Source: Bilabrum cf. latius (taxonomy: Eukaryota). From it: a stretch of 64,000 bases of DNA. Below the pieces are notes generated by a model. The model had not been told where the DNA came from, made no database searches, and saw only the letters and a list, made by a program, of their open reading frames with translations. A program made the position numbers and the translations under genes. Each line of letters opens with the position of its first letter. Position 1 is the stretch's first letter. Below are positions 13,498-25,863 of the stretch, piece after piece. The DNA lies in the NCBI GenBank assembly GCA_965178125.1, contig OZ237740.1:1426001-1490000 (forward strand), read 5' to 3'.

Positions 13498-15612
13498 ATG
13501 CGGGTATTGCTGCTAGGAATAGCCGCATTATGTTGTATCAGTCTCTTTCGAGCGGCAGCTTTCTCTGTATCTGGCTGTAGCATTTGGTACTCGTCCTGTA
13601 TTCTGGCCTTCAGCAGCTTGATGCTCGTTTTTGTTGGCATTCAGCTTCGTACTGCCCTAGACGCTCAACTCAAGTTGGGTAGGGCCAAGTATTCTTGGGT
13701 ATGGGAGCCTGTCGTGTGGGCTGGGAAGGAGCAGGCGGCACGGGCGATAGCTATTCTCGGAGCATTGGTGCTTGCGGCAGATTTGTTCGTCAATGGAATT
13801 GGTCCGGACCCCAGCTAGCTCTCAGGTGTTCCTTTGCATAGTTATATATTTGGCGCTCCGCCGTCCAATTTCGGAATGCATCTAGCGCTTGGATGCGGGA
13901 TGATGCACGACTGCGTTCATGTTGGCTCCAGCTCGGTCGCTCCGCTGCTGCTCGGCGGGGCTGGCACATCCAACGGTGTGGCACGATTCGATGTGGATAG
14001 GACCTCTGTACTGATTGGGGTGGACGGCACTGAGATTCATGTGGACTAGGGTTCCTTCGCGGCGCTTCCTGGAACGTTCTTGGAACGGTACCCGCCGCAG
14101 CTTAGAGTCGTCGCACAGCCCCTTGCATCCGCAGCAAGCAGCTCGGGGCACGTCGTTGCGATGAAAGTGGACTATCGGCAGCCCATTACACCCGCTGATG
14201 CCCCCGCACCTAAGTCGAGGAGCCTGGGAGCAGCCCCTCCTCCTCCTCCTCCTCACCCTCAGCCAGCCGTGCCCCCACCTCGAGCCATGGAGGGGGAGGA
14301 GCTCTCGCTCGCCGCCGCGGGGTGCATGGCCATCGTGCGCTTCTACCTCCGCAGGAACGGGGCAAGACTAGCAGGCACGCAGGCGACTGCTTGCTTCGAG
14401 TTGCGGAGCTCCCCCCCGCTAGCCCCGCAAGCTCCTCCGCCCACGGTTGGTCGGCAGCTCGCGCACGATGTAAACGACCCGGAGCTGTATTGGTGGACGG
14501 CTCAGGCGGCGGGTGGATCTCCCGCGGCTCCGACAGAAGGGGCTCTGGCTGGGCGGCCTCTGCTGCCGGCCCAATGCGGCGGATTCCCTGCCGTGGTGCA
14601 CCAGACCTGGAAGACGAGCGAGCTGCCGGCGTCCTACCGGGAGTGGCAGGGGACGTGGCAGCACGCCATGCCGGGGGTTCGGCTCGCGCTGTGGACGGAC
14701 GAGAGCAACCTGGAGCTGGTGAGGAGAGCGGCCCCGTGGTTCGAGGCCTCGTACCTGCGGCTGCCCAAGCCCATCGAGCGGGTGGACGCGGTGCGGTGGG
14801 TCTACCTGGCGGCCTACGGGGGGGTCTATGCCGACCTGGATTTCGTGGCGATTAGGGACCTCGCTTGGCCTCCCGCCAGCAGGACGGCAGAGGGGCTCGT
14901 CGAGAGAGGGGGCGCGGCGTGTACGGACGCGGCAGAGGGACCACCCCGTGAGGGCGACAGCGATCGGGTGGTGCGATCCATGGCAGACAGCGGCGTGCGG
15001 ATGGGGCCCGGGGCGGGAGGGGCAGGAGTCCCGGAGGGGGGACAGAGATAGGGCCAGGGAGAGGGTTAGGACTAGCCGGGGCTGCCTCTCCTGCCCGGGG
15101 ATGGTAGGGGGGAAGGGGTCCCCGGCTCTTCCCCCACCGGCTCGATGCCCCCGCTCGTGTCCTCTCTGGTGCTGGACCCCGCCTACGACGTGGTGCTGGG
15201 CCTCATGGATGCGTCCCCATGGCAGCGGCCGCACAACCTGCCCAACGCCTGGATGGCCAGCAAGCCCGGGGTGGGGCTCTGGACGGACTGCCTCCGGGAC
15301 CTGGACGATAGGGTCCGCAGCGGGGATGTGGGCGAGCACACGGCGGTGGAGACGGTGGCGGGGCCAGTGGCGCTCAAGGCCTGCGTGCAGCGGCACGGCG
15401 GCAAGTACCGCGTGCTCATGCACAGCCCAGAGGTGCTGTACCCGCACGACTGGTCTCGCAAGGGGCGAGGCGAGGGCTGTGAGACGTGTGCAGAGGGCAT
15501 GCCCAGTGAGGTGCAGGCCAGCAACCCTGGCACCCTCGATGAGGCCCTCCGGAGGCACGCGCCGCTGTCGCACTCCGCAACTTTCTGGACGCACTCTTGG
15601 GCTTCACAATGA
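13498..15612 (+). CDS. Glycosyltransferase family 32 (DXD; OCH1/SUR1-like) with hydrophobic N-terminal segments; requires TAG=Gln
   Basis: ORF pieces ending 13818, 14049, 15051 and 15612 share one frame. TAG at 13816, 14047, 15049, 15067, 15073; TGA at 15610. Motifs 'PAVVHQTWK', 'LWTDE', 'ERVDAVRWVYLAAYGGVYADLD', 'NAWMASKPG', 'TGP-like AGP', 'WTHSW'. Start codon uncertain. Confidence 0.8.
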
Positions 15613-15799
15613 TAACGGGAGCACACATCACCGATTAATTCTAGGAGGATGACAGTACTCCTGTCATCTGATAGCCTCTCGATCCTATCCATGGATTCGT
15701 GACGAGTGCACTCCGGAGGCGAGCACGCTGCTGCACGCCGGCTTCACCTCGCAAGCTCTTGCACGATTGCTGCGATAGATCCACTCTGATCATTTCACT

Positions 15800-17425
15800 A
15801 TGGAGTTGAGAGTTGGAAAGTATTTTACAGTTGGCAAAAAGGTTGGATCGGGGTCGTTTGGAGGTGAGCAGAGACGTAAAATTGCTTCTATCAACGGACA
15901 ATCTGCGAAATCAGGACCCTGTAGACCACCGATTTAGACTCACCCCGCAGAAATTTATAACGGAACTAACGTCAGAAATGGACATAAAGTTGCAATCAAG
16001 TTGGAAAGTATCAAGGCTGCGCACCCGCAGCTGCATTCAGAGTCTCGAGTATACAAAATCCTCTCCGGGGGTCCTGGCATACCCAAGCTTCATTGGATGG
16101 GAGTGGAAGGAACGTACAATGTTATGGTTATTGATCTGCTCGGACTTAGCTTAGAAGATCTGTTCGCCAAGTGCAACAAGCGATTCAGCCTGAAGACGGT
16201 GCTGATGCTCGCAGACCAGATGATCTAGCGCCTCCAATTCATGCACTCGCGCTGTATGCTGCATCGGGACATTAAGCCTGACAATTTTCTCATGGGGGTT
16301 CGGCGGCGGGCAGACTTGGTTCATGTGATCGATTTTGGACTGTCGAAACGCTACCAGGACGCTCGCACCCGGGCGCACATACCGTACAGAGAAAACAAGC
16401 AACTGACTGGGACGCCGCGGTACGCCTCAATTAATGCTCACTTAGGCATAGAATAGAGCAGGCGGGATGACCTGGAGTCGCTTGGGTACGTGTTACTCTA
16501 CTTCTTGCGCGGATCGCTGCCTTGGTAGGGGCTGAAAGCGCCGAACAAGAAGAAAAAATACAAGTTGATCAGCGATACAAAGCTAGGAACTTCACTGGAA
16601 TAGCTTTGTCGCGGAGTGCCAGATGAGTTTAGGTTGTACATGGAGTACTGCAAAGCCCTCCGGTTTACAGACAAGCCAGATTACGCATTTCTGCGCAAGC
16701 GATTCCAGCAGCTCGCGGGGAGGAATGACATCGAGTACGACAGCGTGTTTGACTGGATGCTGCCGCCTCACAACATGCCTAACCCGTAGATCGCCCCAGT
16801 AGTCAGCCAAAGCAAGGCTCCTCAGCGGCGAGCGAGCGCTGATCCTTCCGCAGTAGCAACGGGCGGGGCGGACGGCGGGGCACGGCGCCGGGAGAGGATC
16901 CAGCGCAAGGGTATTTCGAAGAGGAGACTGAGCGTGGACTCGGGCGGTCTTCCTCGCGCCGGAGGGGGCCCTGGGCCCCGAGCTGGGACTGGGGCGTAGA
17001 GCTCGTCGGGCGCTGACATTGGCAGCGCGGCGGGGGCAAGGGGCGGCTCCAGCGGCGGCAAGCGCATGGGCAAGGGGGCAGGGGCTGAGGCCGTTGGTCA
17101 TGACCCACGGCATGGCAGGGCCGCTGGGGGCGAGGCCGAAGGGCCGCGGTCCCGGCATTCCCACCATCACCGACACACACACGGGGGTGGCATCGCGGCC
17201 GGGGGCAGCCGCGGATCCAAGCTGAGCTCCAGCATGATGGCCGCCCCGTCGCACTCGATTTCCTTTGAGGCGCAGGCCGAGAGGAGGGGACGGGCGTTCG
17301 AGCCGGGGCCGGGGATTGCTACGAAATCAAGGAGCGTGGAGTTGTCTCCCTCAGAGGTGGATGGCATCAGGCGGCGCATGGAGGCGCTGATGGGGGACTT
17401 GGGCGACCAGGACGGTTGGATGTAA
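15800..17425 (+). CDS. CSNK1: Casein kinase 1 (~512 aa); requires TAG=Gln
   Basis: join(15800..15863,15951..17425), intron 15864-15950 (GTGAGC...CCGCAG). 'MELRVG...GSGSFGEIY...VAIKLE...HPQL...HRDIKPDNF...DFGLSK...[28 protein letters not shown]...GSLPW*GLK'. In-frame TAG at 16226, 16454, 16526, 16601, 16787, 16997; stop TAA at 17423. Confidence 0.95.
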
Positions 17426-17695
17426 TACGTGGACGCACACACGACGGGGGGACTTGATGATGAGCGACCAGGATGGGATATGCATTGCATTGGTGCGGCA
17501 GTTGCACTTGGCGCCAAGACAAGAAGCAACACTTTTTCATAGTTTGGAGATGCAGCCGAGGTCATGAGGGAGACAGGGAGACAAAATGGGTTTTCGTTTG
17601 CTGTTAGCTACCATTATAAAAGCACAAGTCTCGGAGAACTTGAGAAGCAGCACCCCCGTTGGCTCCAAGACACCCGACCTTGTAGTGGCAAACAA

Positions 17696-20317
17696 ATGCT
17701 CGATTTTGAGTAGTTAAGGTCGCTTCAAAGCCTGAAAGATGCAATTAATAGCACAAAAGACTTTGAATCGACGCAACTGACAGCGGTAAGCAGTCGCAAT
17801 CAAGAACCAAACTCTGGTGACCATCGTAGTCCACCAAGAAGAAAAGCCGTAGCGGTTGAAGAGACCCCTTTGTTGAAACAGCATATCGCTTGGCCCCAGT
17901 CGTGTGGACGTGTGAATGAGTGTGAATCACGGCGAAAAGCAGATCGTACATGTGCAATAGAATCGCCCAGCAGCGCGCAGGACGCTGCAGCCCACGTATG
18001 CAGCAACCGGTTCGGAATCGAGCACCTCAAGTCAAAGCAGAGACGGGCCTTGAAGTGCATGCTACGATTCAGCCCAAACATTGGCCCCGAATCATATTCA
18101 TCCGAGGCAGCTGCTTCCAGTGGGTGCACGTCGTCAGTTCCGTCCAATCAGCGCGATGTGCTGCTGCTCCTGCCAACCGGCTACGGCAAATCTGCGTGCT
18201 ACCTGGCGCCGGCAGGTATGAGCCCGGGCATCACTGTGGTGCTCTGCCCCCTCGTTGCACTGGTTGACGACCAATGCAGACAGGCGAGCGCAGCCAGTCT
18301 CCAGAGCGCTGTCCTGCACTCGGGTATGAGCGACACGGCCCGCCGGCGCGTGCTCGCCCGCCTGTGGGCTGCAGCCAGGGCGCCGATGGCAACGCTGCAG
18401 CGGGCCGCGAAAGTGTACTGCAGCGGTGCACCTGGGGCCAGCGATGAAGCGCCTGCCTCTGTCCTGGACGTGCTTGTCACCACCCCGGAACAGGTGCTAC
18501 ACTCGTCACCCCTGCGCGCGGCCCTCTCCGCCCTGCACGCCAGGAGCCTGCTGGCTCGATTCGTGGTGGACGAGGCGCACGTGCTGGCGCGCTGGGGGCC
18601 TGGCTTCAGGCCCGCTCTGCTGTAGCTAGGATCGATTCGTGCCAAGTGGCCGAGGGCACAGCTGGTGGCGTGCACGGCCACTGCCACGGCTGGTATCGCA
18701 GCCCAGATCGCCGGGTGCCTTGGAATGCGGGCACCGCGGGTGGTAGCTAGCAGGAGGGACCGCTGCAACCTGCGCCTTGAAGTAAAGCGGAGATAGCGTG
18801 GATCCAGTGCGTCGCTGCGGTAGGTGTGTCGTGAGGTGCTGGCGCTGGCTCTTCCAGGCGGGTGTGCACCTGTGAGAGGTGCACCTGTGAGAGGTGCCCT
18901 GCCACTGCCAGTGGCTCGAGAGGCTTGCCAAGGACTCGTGTACTGTCTGACGAGGAGCGAGTGTGAGAGGGTGGCAGCTGCTCTCGGAGAACACTTAGGG
19001 TGTTCTGCAGTCGCTTGCTACCACGCAGGGATGGGGGCAGAAGAACGGGCAGGCGCGGTGAGGGCCTTCGCGCAAGGCCAGGTGAGGGTGGTCGTGGGCA
19101 CGGTGGCGTTCTCCATGGGCATCGACCACAGAGCCGTTCGGTTTGTAGTTCACGCAGGGTGTCCGACGAGCCCTTTGGCCTACATGCAGGAGATAGGGAG
19201 GGCGGGCAGGGACGGGCAGCCGGCTTGCTGTGTGCTGCTGGCAGGAGAGGGTGACCTTGGGCGGGCTGTGGGGCATGCAGGTGCTGACGTGGACGAAAGC
19301 GAGGGCGGGCCGGGATGGGAAGCCCGAGCGATTAGCAGGTACTGCGACTGCTCGTGCGTGTGCAGGCGAGTGCTGCTGCGAGAGCTAGCCGGGGTGGTTA
19401 GTCACGGGTTGCGCACTCTAGAGGACGAGCCCTCGTCGAGGACAGCGGCTGCTGCGGCGGGCGTAGGGGGTTCATTGGCAGGACCTTTGCTGGAGGCAGT
19501 GCAGCTGGACGATGCTGGGCTGCTTGCTGCCGCCATGCAGAGGGACGCTCAGTCGTGGCCCGCCCGGGGATGCTGCGATGTGTGCGATGCGCTGCTGGCC
19601 CGCCGGGGGGACGGGGCAGCGGTGTCGGGGCCACTTGCAGCCCGTGCATGCCTGGGTCCTGGTCCTGATGGTCCTGTTGAGGACTCTGCGGATGCCTGCG
19701 GCCCAACTGCGAGTGCGTGGGACGTAGTCGACATAGGCTCGTGCAAACGAGCGGTGGCATAGGCGCTAAAGGAGTCTGCAGACGTGTCCACCAAACCAGG
19801 CAGCCAGGCGCATACACCGTGGGCTATCCGGCGACGGGCAGTGGAGCTCCTCGCTCTAGAGGCGGCGAGGGGCGGGGGCACTTCTCGCAGCAGTGTGACT
19901 AGTGTGACTGGCAATGGCCAAGCAGGTGGTATTGAGACTCATGTTCGGGACAAGGACAGCATGTTTGGCATCGAGGATGCCATCTACAGCCAGGCAGTAA
20001 GCATTCACGAGCCCAGCACTGGGATGTCCGCACAGGATGGCGTGCGGTTGGCGTACGATGCTCTTGTCCGGTCTGGGGAGTTGCAAGAGCACAGGGCGAG
20101 CTAGCCACTGGCAGGCGCATTGCCTCGGTGCCAGGCGGTGGCGGCACACGTGCTGCAGACTGATATTGGCGACAGGAAGGTGCAAGGGAAGATACACACC
20201 CAAGGGCGTAAACAGGCGCATGGGGTGGAAACTCAGCATCTCATTTTGGTCCCTCGGCACATGCGGGCCACCGGCAGTGGTGTAAAACAAATGAGGGCAA
20301 GTGGCTGCTCGCGGTGA
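17696..20317 (+). CDS. RecQ-family DNA helicase (~873 aa); requires TAG=Gln
   Basis: Motifs 'LPTGYGKSACY', 'PLVALVDDQ', 'VVDEAH..WG.GFRP', 'ACTATAT', 'YHAGM', 'TVAFSMGID', 'YMQEIGRAGRDG', and RQC Zn-site 'CRR...CCDVC'. TAG at 17711, 18623, 18794, 18821, 19760, 20102; TGA at 20315. Start uncertain because the frame is open further upstream. Confidence 0.88.
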
Positions 20318-20417
20318 TCGAGCACAGCTCCGAGAACGGCACTGCCAGTGTGCACTAGACCTGCATGGGCAAAGCATGGGCAAAATCGACGCATAGTATG
20401 CTTGGACGTGTACTACA

Positions 20418-21104
20418 TCAGCTGCACCACGCAGGGAGCTCCAGGAAACCGTCCTGGAACCCACCGGCTGCTTGCACGTCTATCTGTTGCAAAATGTCCC
20501 ACGTCTATTTCTGCCAACCTGGCGACCGTGTCTCAAAATCGAGGCGCAGAAGAGCCCCACTATCTGGGTCCGTCCATGCGACTGGGCTGATAGTCATTGA
20601 TCCCCCGCCTAACTCGCACTGGCGCTGCACGCCCATTCGCCCGTCGTAAAAACTCCCGCCAAACCGGCTCGGCATGCGGGTAGGTGCGCTCCCAACCAGT
20701 TTACACTCGTCAACAAGAAAATTCTAGGGCCAAAATGACGAATTGTACGGCAATGGGAGGAGCCTGCAACCAACAGTATCACTGGAAAGATCCACGAACG
20801 CGGCGGCCACCTTGCCTTGCCATGCCCAAAAAGTGTTCCAAGGAATGTCTGCTTTCGTCGCATTCAGGCGCCAAGCTGCGTATCCAACAGCATTCTCCTG
20901 CCTTGACGCAACAAGGGGGCCATTCCAATCAAAGTAGTAGTTCCCGAATGAGAAATCAACGGCACCAGGCTGGACGTCATCGTGATGCTCCACAAGCGTG
21001 ATTCTCCACATGAGGCTCTTTGGTAAAGCTGCAGGTTTTACAGTATTTCCGTACGCTAGCACTTGCAATATGAAAAGGAAGCACAAGGCATTGCAAACGC
21101 TCAT
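20418..21104 (-). CDS. Putative secreted protein (~228 aa), possibly ependymin-related; requires TAG=Gln
   Basis: Signal-peptide-like N-terminus 'MSVCNALCFLFILQVLAYG'. TAG at 20724 and 20505 read through to TGA at 20418. Ends 'FLELPAWCS'. Confidence 0.55.
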
Positions 21105-21169
21105 TGCAGCGAAAAATGCTCCAGTTGCACTTGAGAGCAATACCTCTATTCACACGCAACCCCCGCCCG

Positions 21170-23344
21170 TCACAGATGTGCTCGTCTCTTGCGGAGCGTG
21201 GAGCCCATGAACACGTGCAGTTCTCTCAGTAGCAGGTGCGCGAGCCCGTCTCCTCGGGTGGGTCTTGGACGAACCCCCGAGGCAGCGCCCCTGGCCTCCG
21301 TCCCATCCACAAGATCGGCGCCCCGGCGCGGGTCGTGGCCCATGAGCGCCAGCACGGGCTCGGTGTGGTCAACGCCGGCCAGCGGCACGGCAGTTACACC
21401 GACAGTCCCGACGAATCCATCGAAGCGCTTGCCTTGCATAAACGCCTGCGAGGCGCCGTGCCTGTCGATGCGCATGCGGGGAGGCACCGCCCTCTCAATG
21501 CCCCCATTGGCACTCTCGATGCCCCCGCTGGCACTCTCGATGCCCCCGCTGGCACTCTCGATGCCCCCACTGGCACTCTCGATGCCCCCACTGGCACTCT
21601 CGCCGACCGTTGCACCCGGCCCGCCCGGCCCCTCATGCTTCCTCCTAGAATGCCCCCCACTGGTAGAGCCCCGGGGAGCCACTACCCCATCCCTGAGCTC
21701 CTGCAAAGCGGCGAGCAGATCCGCTGTGCTGGACGGGGGCACTACACCGTCGGCGGTGCCATGCAGCAGCAGCAGCGGAGGCATTCGGCCGAGAAGAGCG
21801 TGCCTGCCCGGCTCGGACAGGTGCACCGCCATGCGCTGTAGCTATCGCGCAGGCGACAGCCGAGCAAACCCAGCCTCCGTGCCTCCCATCGCGGGCGCCA
21901 TGGGCGACACTCGCTCCACCCCCTTGAGCGAGAGCGGGCCCAGGGCCACTCTCCTCGAGGCTTCGTGTTGGAAGTGACGCTGCACGCAGTACACGCCCGA
22001 CAGGCCCACCACGCCCCGGATGCTCGCCAGGATCTGGTCCGCGGGCTCCTCGTGCGACCAAGGGGACCACGACGATCCGCCCGCTGCTGGTACTCCTCCG
22101 GTGGATTTGCCGGCATAGGGCGCCAAGGCAGCGGGGGCTGCTGGGGGGTGGTGCAAGGTGGAGGTGGTCGGCGCTTTGCGGGCGCCATTAGATGCAGGCG
22201 ACAGCTCGGCTGCCATGCCCGCGCACTGCTCCCCTGCCGCGAGAGCAGCCAGCCGCAGAGCAAGCGTGGTGACCAGGTGGGCCCCTGCCGACTGCCCGAA
22301 GAGCACCACGCGGGAAACGTCGACGCAGGCCGGCACTGACGGCCGGTCGGCCGGGTGCGAGTTAAGTCGCAACTCCCGGTCAAACTGCGAGCCCAGCGCA
22401 GGCGCAGACCTCGAGTTGGCCCCTCGGAATGCATGCGACGCAAATGGATGCCCCTACAGCCGATTCGCCAGCAGGCGGCGGGCACGGGCGAGCGAGTGCA
22501 TATGGCGGGTGGTGGGGTCGTGCACGGTTGCCTGCCCTTTGCTTGTCCGGCCCTGGTTTGAGTCTCCCGTGGCACTCGCTGCCACTGCCACTGAAGTCAA
22601 TGGCTCCAAGTCGCTGCTGCCTACATTGGACGCGCGGGTTTCGGCCAAGCTCTAGCCCGGGTCGGCACCTTCCTGCCGCTGATGGGTTTTGTCCCACCTC
22701 TGCTCCTGCATGCGAGTCTCGCGGCGCATCCAGCAGAGCAGCCTTGCGATGTCGTCAGCCATGCCAGCCGCATCCGAGTGCGGATACACCCGGTACGACG
22801 GGACGAGCACTGCAGTTCCCAGCCTGTCTGCCAGTGTTCGGGCGAGCGACGCGTACTGCCAAGGCTCGCCGAACGCCCAGGCACCCCCGTGCACGTACAC
22901 GAGTGCGGGAATGCGACGCAAATCAGGAGGTTTCGCTCGTGACGGTGCCAGCCCAACCCCATCTCTCCTGACCGAAATTTCCGTTACATGCGCACGGTTC
23001 AGACGAAACCCATAAGGGAGGTAGATATCAACTCTGTGCCGCGGATGCGGGCCGTAGCTGGCCCGAACCGCTGGGCCTGCAGCCAGGCACCGTGCCAATC
23101 TGCCAACAACGCGGGGGCGGCTCAAGCCTGCAAGCAGCTCGGTTATCCCAGCCAGTGGAAACATCCATGCATCAATGCTGGCCCTGAGCCCGATGCTTTG
23201 GTCCTGGAGTGGTTGGACCCCTTCTCGATCTGAGTGGCGAAGCAGGAGCCAAGATCTGGCGAATTGCCAAACTACCGCAGCAGACCCCAGGGATGCGCCT
23301 AGATGCCAGGCATTGCGACCAACAAGATCAATGTACGAGCTCAT
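21170..23344 (-). CDS. Alpha/beta hydrolase, isoprenylcysteine methylesterase (ICME)-like (~724 aa); requires TAG=Gln
   Basis: 'YGPHPRHRVDIY', 'VYVHGGAWAFG', 'GQSAGAH', 'LLLHGTADGVVP', 'DH' lie in four same-frame pieces separated by TAG at 22652, 22454, 21842. TGA at 21170. Confidence 0.82.
21498..21602. repeat. 21-bp tandem repeat, 5 copies (ATGCCCCCRYTGGCACTCTCG), encoding ESASGGI repeats in the hydrolase
   Basis: Units start at 21498, 21519, 21540, 21561, 21582. Confidence 0.9.
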
Positions 23345-23456
23345 TTCCGCGCATGTTTTTGCGCTGATTGGGTTTTGCGTCCACCTCGAACGTTCCACCA
23401 CGAGGTTCGCTGGACAGCGCAGACGCAAAACAAGCTGCTGATAGCGTATAATCATC

Positions 23457-23873
23457 ATGGCATCTGTTGAAGGTGTAAAGCAGGAGAAGTTCGTTGTACT
23501 TGGCACATCTAAGTTCGACGAAACGCTTGAGTCTGCGCAGAAGGCAGCGAAGGAGAACGGTTCCAAGCTTTTCGTGTTTGCGTACGGTGCCGAAGGCGAG
23601 GATGGTAATTCATGGTGCCCAGACTGCGTTGACGCCAAGCCCATTATTGAAGAGGGACTTGCAAAGGTATCGCATGCGGTCGTCTACGCGTCCTGCCCCA
23701 GGGACGAATACAAGAAAGGCGAAGAGTTTCCTTACAGGAGCCATAAAGCTGTAAAGCTTCAGGCTCTCCCACAACTGAATCGAATCTCTGTGGATACTTT
23801 GGAAAGCGAGGCCTCACTGGTTGAGAATGACTGTAAAGATGCAGGAAAGGTAGACGCTGTAATCGACGGATGA
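23457..23873 (+). CDS. TXNDC17: Thioredoxin-related protein 14 (TXNDC17 / DUF953)
   Basis: 'GNSWCPDCVDAKP' active site, 138 aa, TGA stop, no internal TAG. Confidence 0.85.
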   Translation: MASVEGVKQEKFVVLGTSKFDETLESAQKAAKENGSKLFVFAYGAEGEDGNSWCPDCVDAKPIIEEGLAKVSHAVVYASCPRDEYKKGEEFPYRSHKAVKLQALPQLNRISVDTLESEASLVENDCKDAGKVDAVIDG

Positions 23874-24433
23874 ATTGGCAGATCTACAGGCTGCCCCAAG
23901 CCAGTCGTAGATCTTCCAGGACTGCCAGCGACTCTGGATTGATTCACTGCAAATAGAACGTCGATTAATTTCGGTCATCCTGTCATTCTTTCCGTGGCGA
24001 TCAGCTACTGCGTTGCGTCTTGTGGCGCCTCGTCGCTAAACCGGAGCCGCTACTGCTTGCAGTGCGTGCGCTCGTCCTTGCTGAATACGGACTCAGGCTG
24101 CTTGTAAGCTTGCGAGACCAGAATGGACCTAACCCGCGCAAAAGACTCTCCTGTAGCCTCAGGGTGCATCCAGCAGCGTGCCAACGAGTTGGATTGACCA
24201 GACCACATCCGCCAGTGCGTCGCCGTCGTCGCGGGCCATGCAGGGTATCTCCACGCTCCGCAATAGTGGCGAATCGACTAGTTCAACAAGTTGCCAGTCG
24301 TGTCACCGCTCGTACTTCTAGTGGTTCTTGCGCGCTCCTCAAGCAGCCACCGCCACAGGCAGTCCACTAATGCACCCACCCAATGCAGCGTGGGCGCCGG
24401 AATAGCCCTGTTATGCCTGGCCCATGTTTGATA

Positions 24434-24952
24434 TCACTGTCTTCCATCTTTGCTAGAAGAAGATTTTCCACTGCTTTTTGCTAGGCCTGAGAGAATCGCA
24501 GCACCTGGGTCGTGGCTTGGAGCCTCATCCGAATAGGCCTGCTTGCCCTTCGGTCGTGATCGAATGAGGCCTGCGCGGTCAATCTTATTTCCATGTTCAT
24601 CCACAAGCTGTACCGAAGGAGGCCCAAAGATACGATTAACCACGGCCATGGCGAGCACCGCGCCAACCACGAAGACTGTCCCAACTGCAAACGCTCTAGC
24701 GATCATGTTGAGTGCTCCGACGGGCCGACCATGTTCGTCTGTAGGTAAACGGCTCATCTATCCATCTTGCCGACCGTCCGGTGGCTTGAAATCGTTGGAT
24801 TCGCTGCAGCATCGGTGGCATGTGTGGATGCGGCGTCCAAAACTAGGAGCAGCTTTAGCTGCGAGGGCTTGCGACACAGCAGCTGGCAGTCTGCGAGATC
24901 TGCACGCTATGGCCCTAAGAGGTGGCAGATATGAACGCTATACCCGATACAT
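24434..24952 (-). CDS. Hypothetical single-pass membrane protein with mitochondrial-presequence-like N-terminus (~172 aa); requires TAG=Gln
   Basis: Reading TAG at 24938 and 24758 as Gln extends the listed ORF to ATG 24952: 'MYRVQRSYLPPLRAIACRSRRLPAAVSQ...' (Arg/Ser/Ala-rich, no acidic residues). TM segment 'FAVGTVFVVGAVLAMAVV'. TGA stop. Confidence 0.55.
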
Positions 24953-25017
24953 AATCGTGTTACGAGCTCGTTTCTGTCATGGGTGCCGGGCTCCGAGTTG
25001 TGCTTTCGTCAAAGCAA

Positions 25018-25863
25018 ATGATGGCGAACACTAGTCTAAGTTGGGGGTTTGGAACCAGTCTGAGAATGCGCTCACTGCGAATTTCGACCAGAATCTTGCG
25101 TTTCGGTATCAGATGCCCAATCGGAGGTCGTTGGAAAGGCTCACAAGCTGGAGATACATCTGTCGTACCAACATCTGCCGGCAGCGGCGAACTAGAGCCC
25201 AAAAGTAGCGCAGTTGCTGATACTAATGCGACAGGCAGTGCAAGTTACTTGGCTCATTTGGACAAGCTTCGACGTAGAGACATTATTGCCACGCCATTCA
25301 AGTCAAAGGCAGAACAGCAAGAGTACACCTTCAAGGCTGCAACGCGCTTCTGGGGAGTCGTGAGAAGGTAAACCTGCCAATATGTATGACTGTTGCTGGC
25401 ACATAATGTATTGCGCGGGGCTCCATTGACTTGCTTCATTTCACAGATCATTACTGGGGTGACCGTCTTGGTGGTGGGCACTGGTGTGATTGACGCTCTG
25501 CTGCCCCACGACGGCCCACCGTTGCTTGGTATCGAGACAGTCAGCTAGATAACGCCAGAAGGTCTCCCGGAAGGCGAACTGCCACAGTCCGAGCACGACA
25601 TGCGGCTGTACACCCAGCAAGTGGTCGAGCACATCTAGGCTGCAGGCCACACCATGTCCCTGCGCGATAGAATGATCCTCAGGCGGCGGATGGCAGGGGA
25701 GGGCCGGCCCTCGCAGGATGTAGATACGCTGGCTAGGGAGTTGGATCGCCGAAGGGGCAGCATGCGCAGCACTTTGCCACTGGCCGCGTAGCCGTTGCCT
25801 ATGCCTCGGGCCCGCAAAGCGGAAGGGGACACTCGAACTGGCCCCGGAGAGAAAAAACTTTGA
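25018..25863 (+). CDS. Hypothetical single-pass membrane protein, possibly mitochondrial (~252 aa); requires TAG=Gln
   Basis: join(25018..25359,25447..25863), intron GTGAGA...TCACAG. Basic N-terminus. Splicing creates TM 'FWGVIITGVTVLVVGTGVI'. Three TAG in exon 2; TGA at 25861. Confidence 0.5.

Noticed and set aside
23900-24430. Plus-strand ORF 24020-24370
   Set aside because: Non-ATG start and no recognisable features. Left unannotated.
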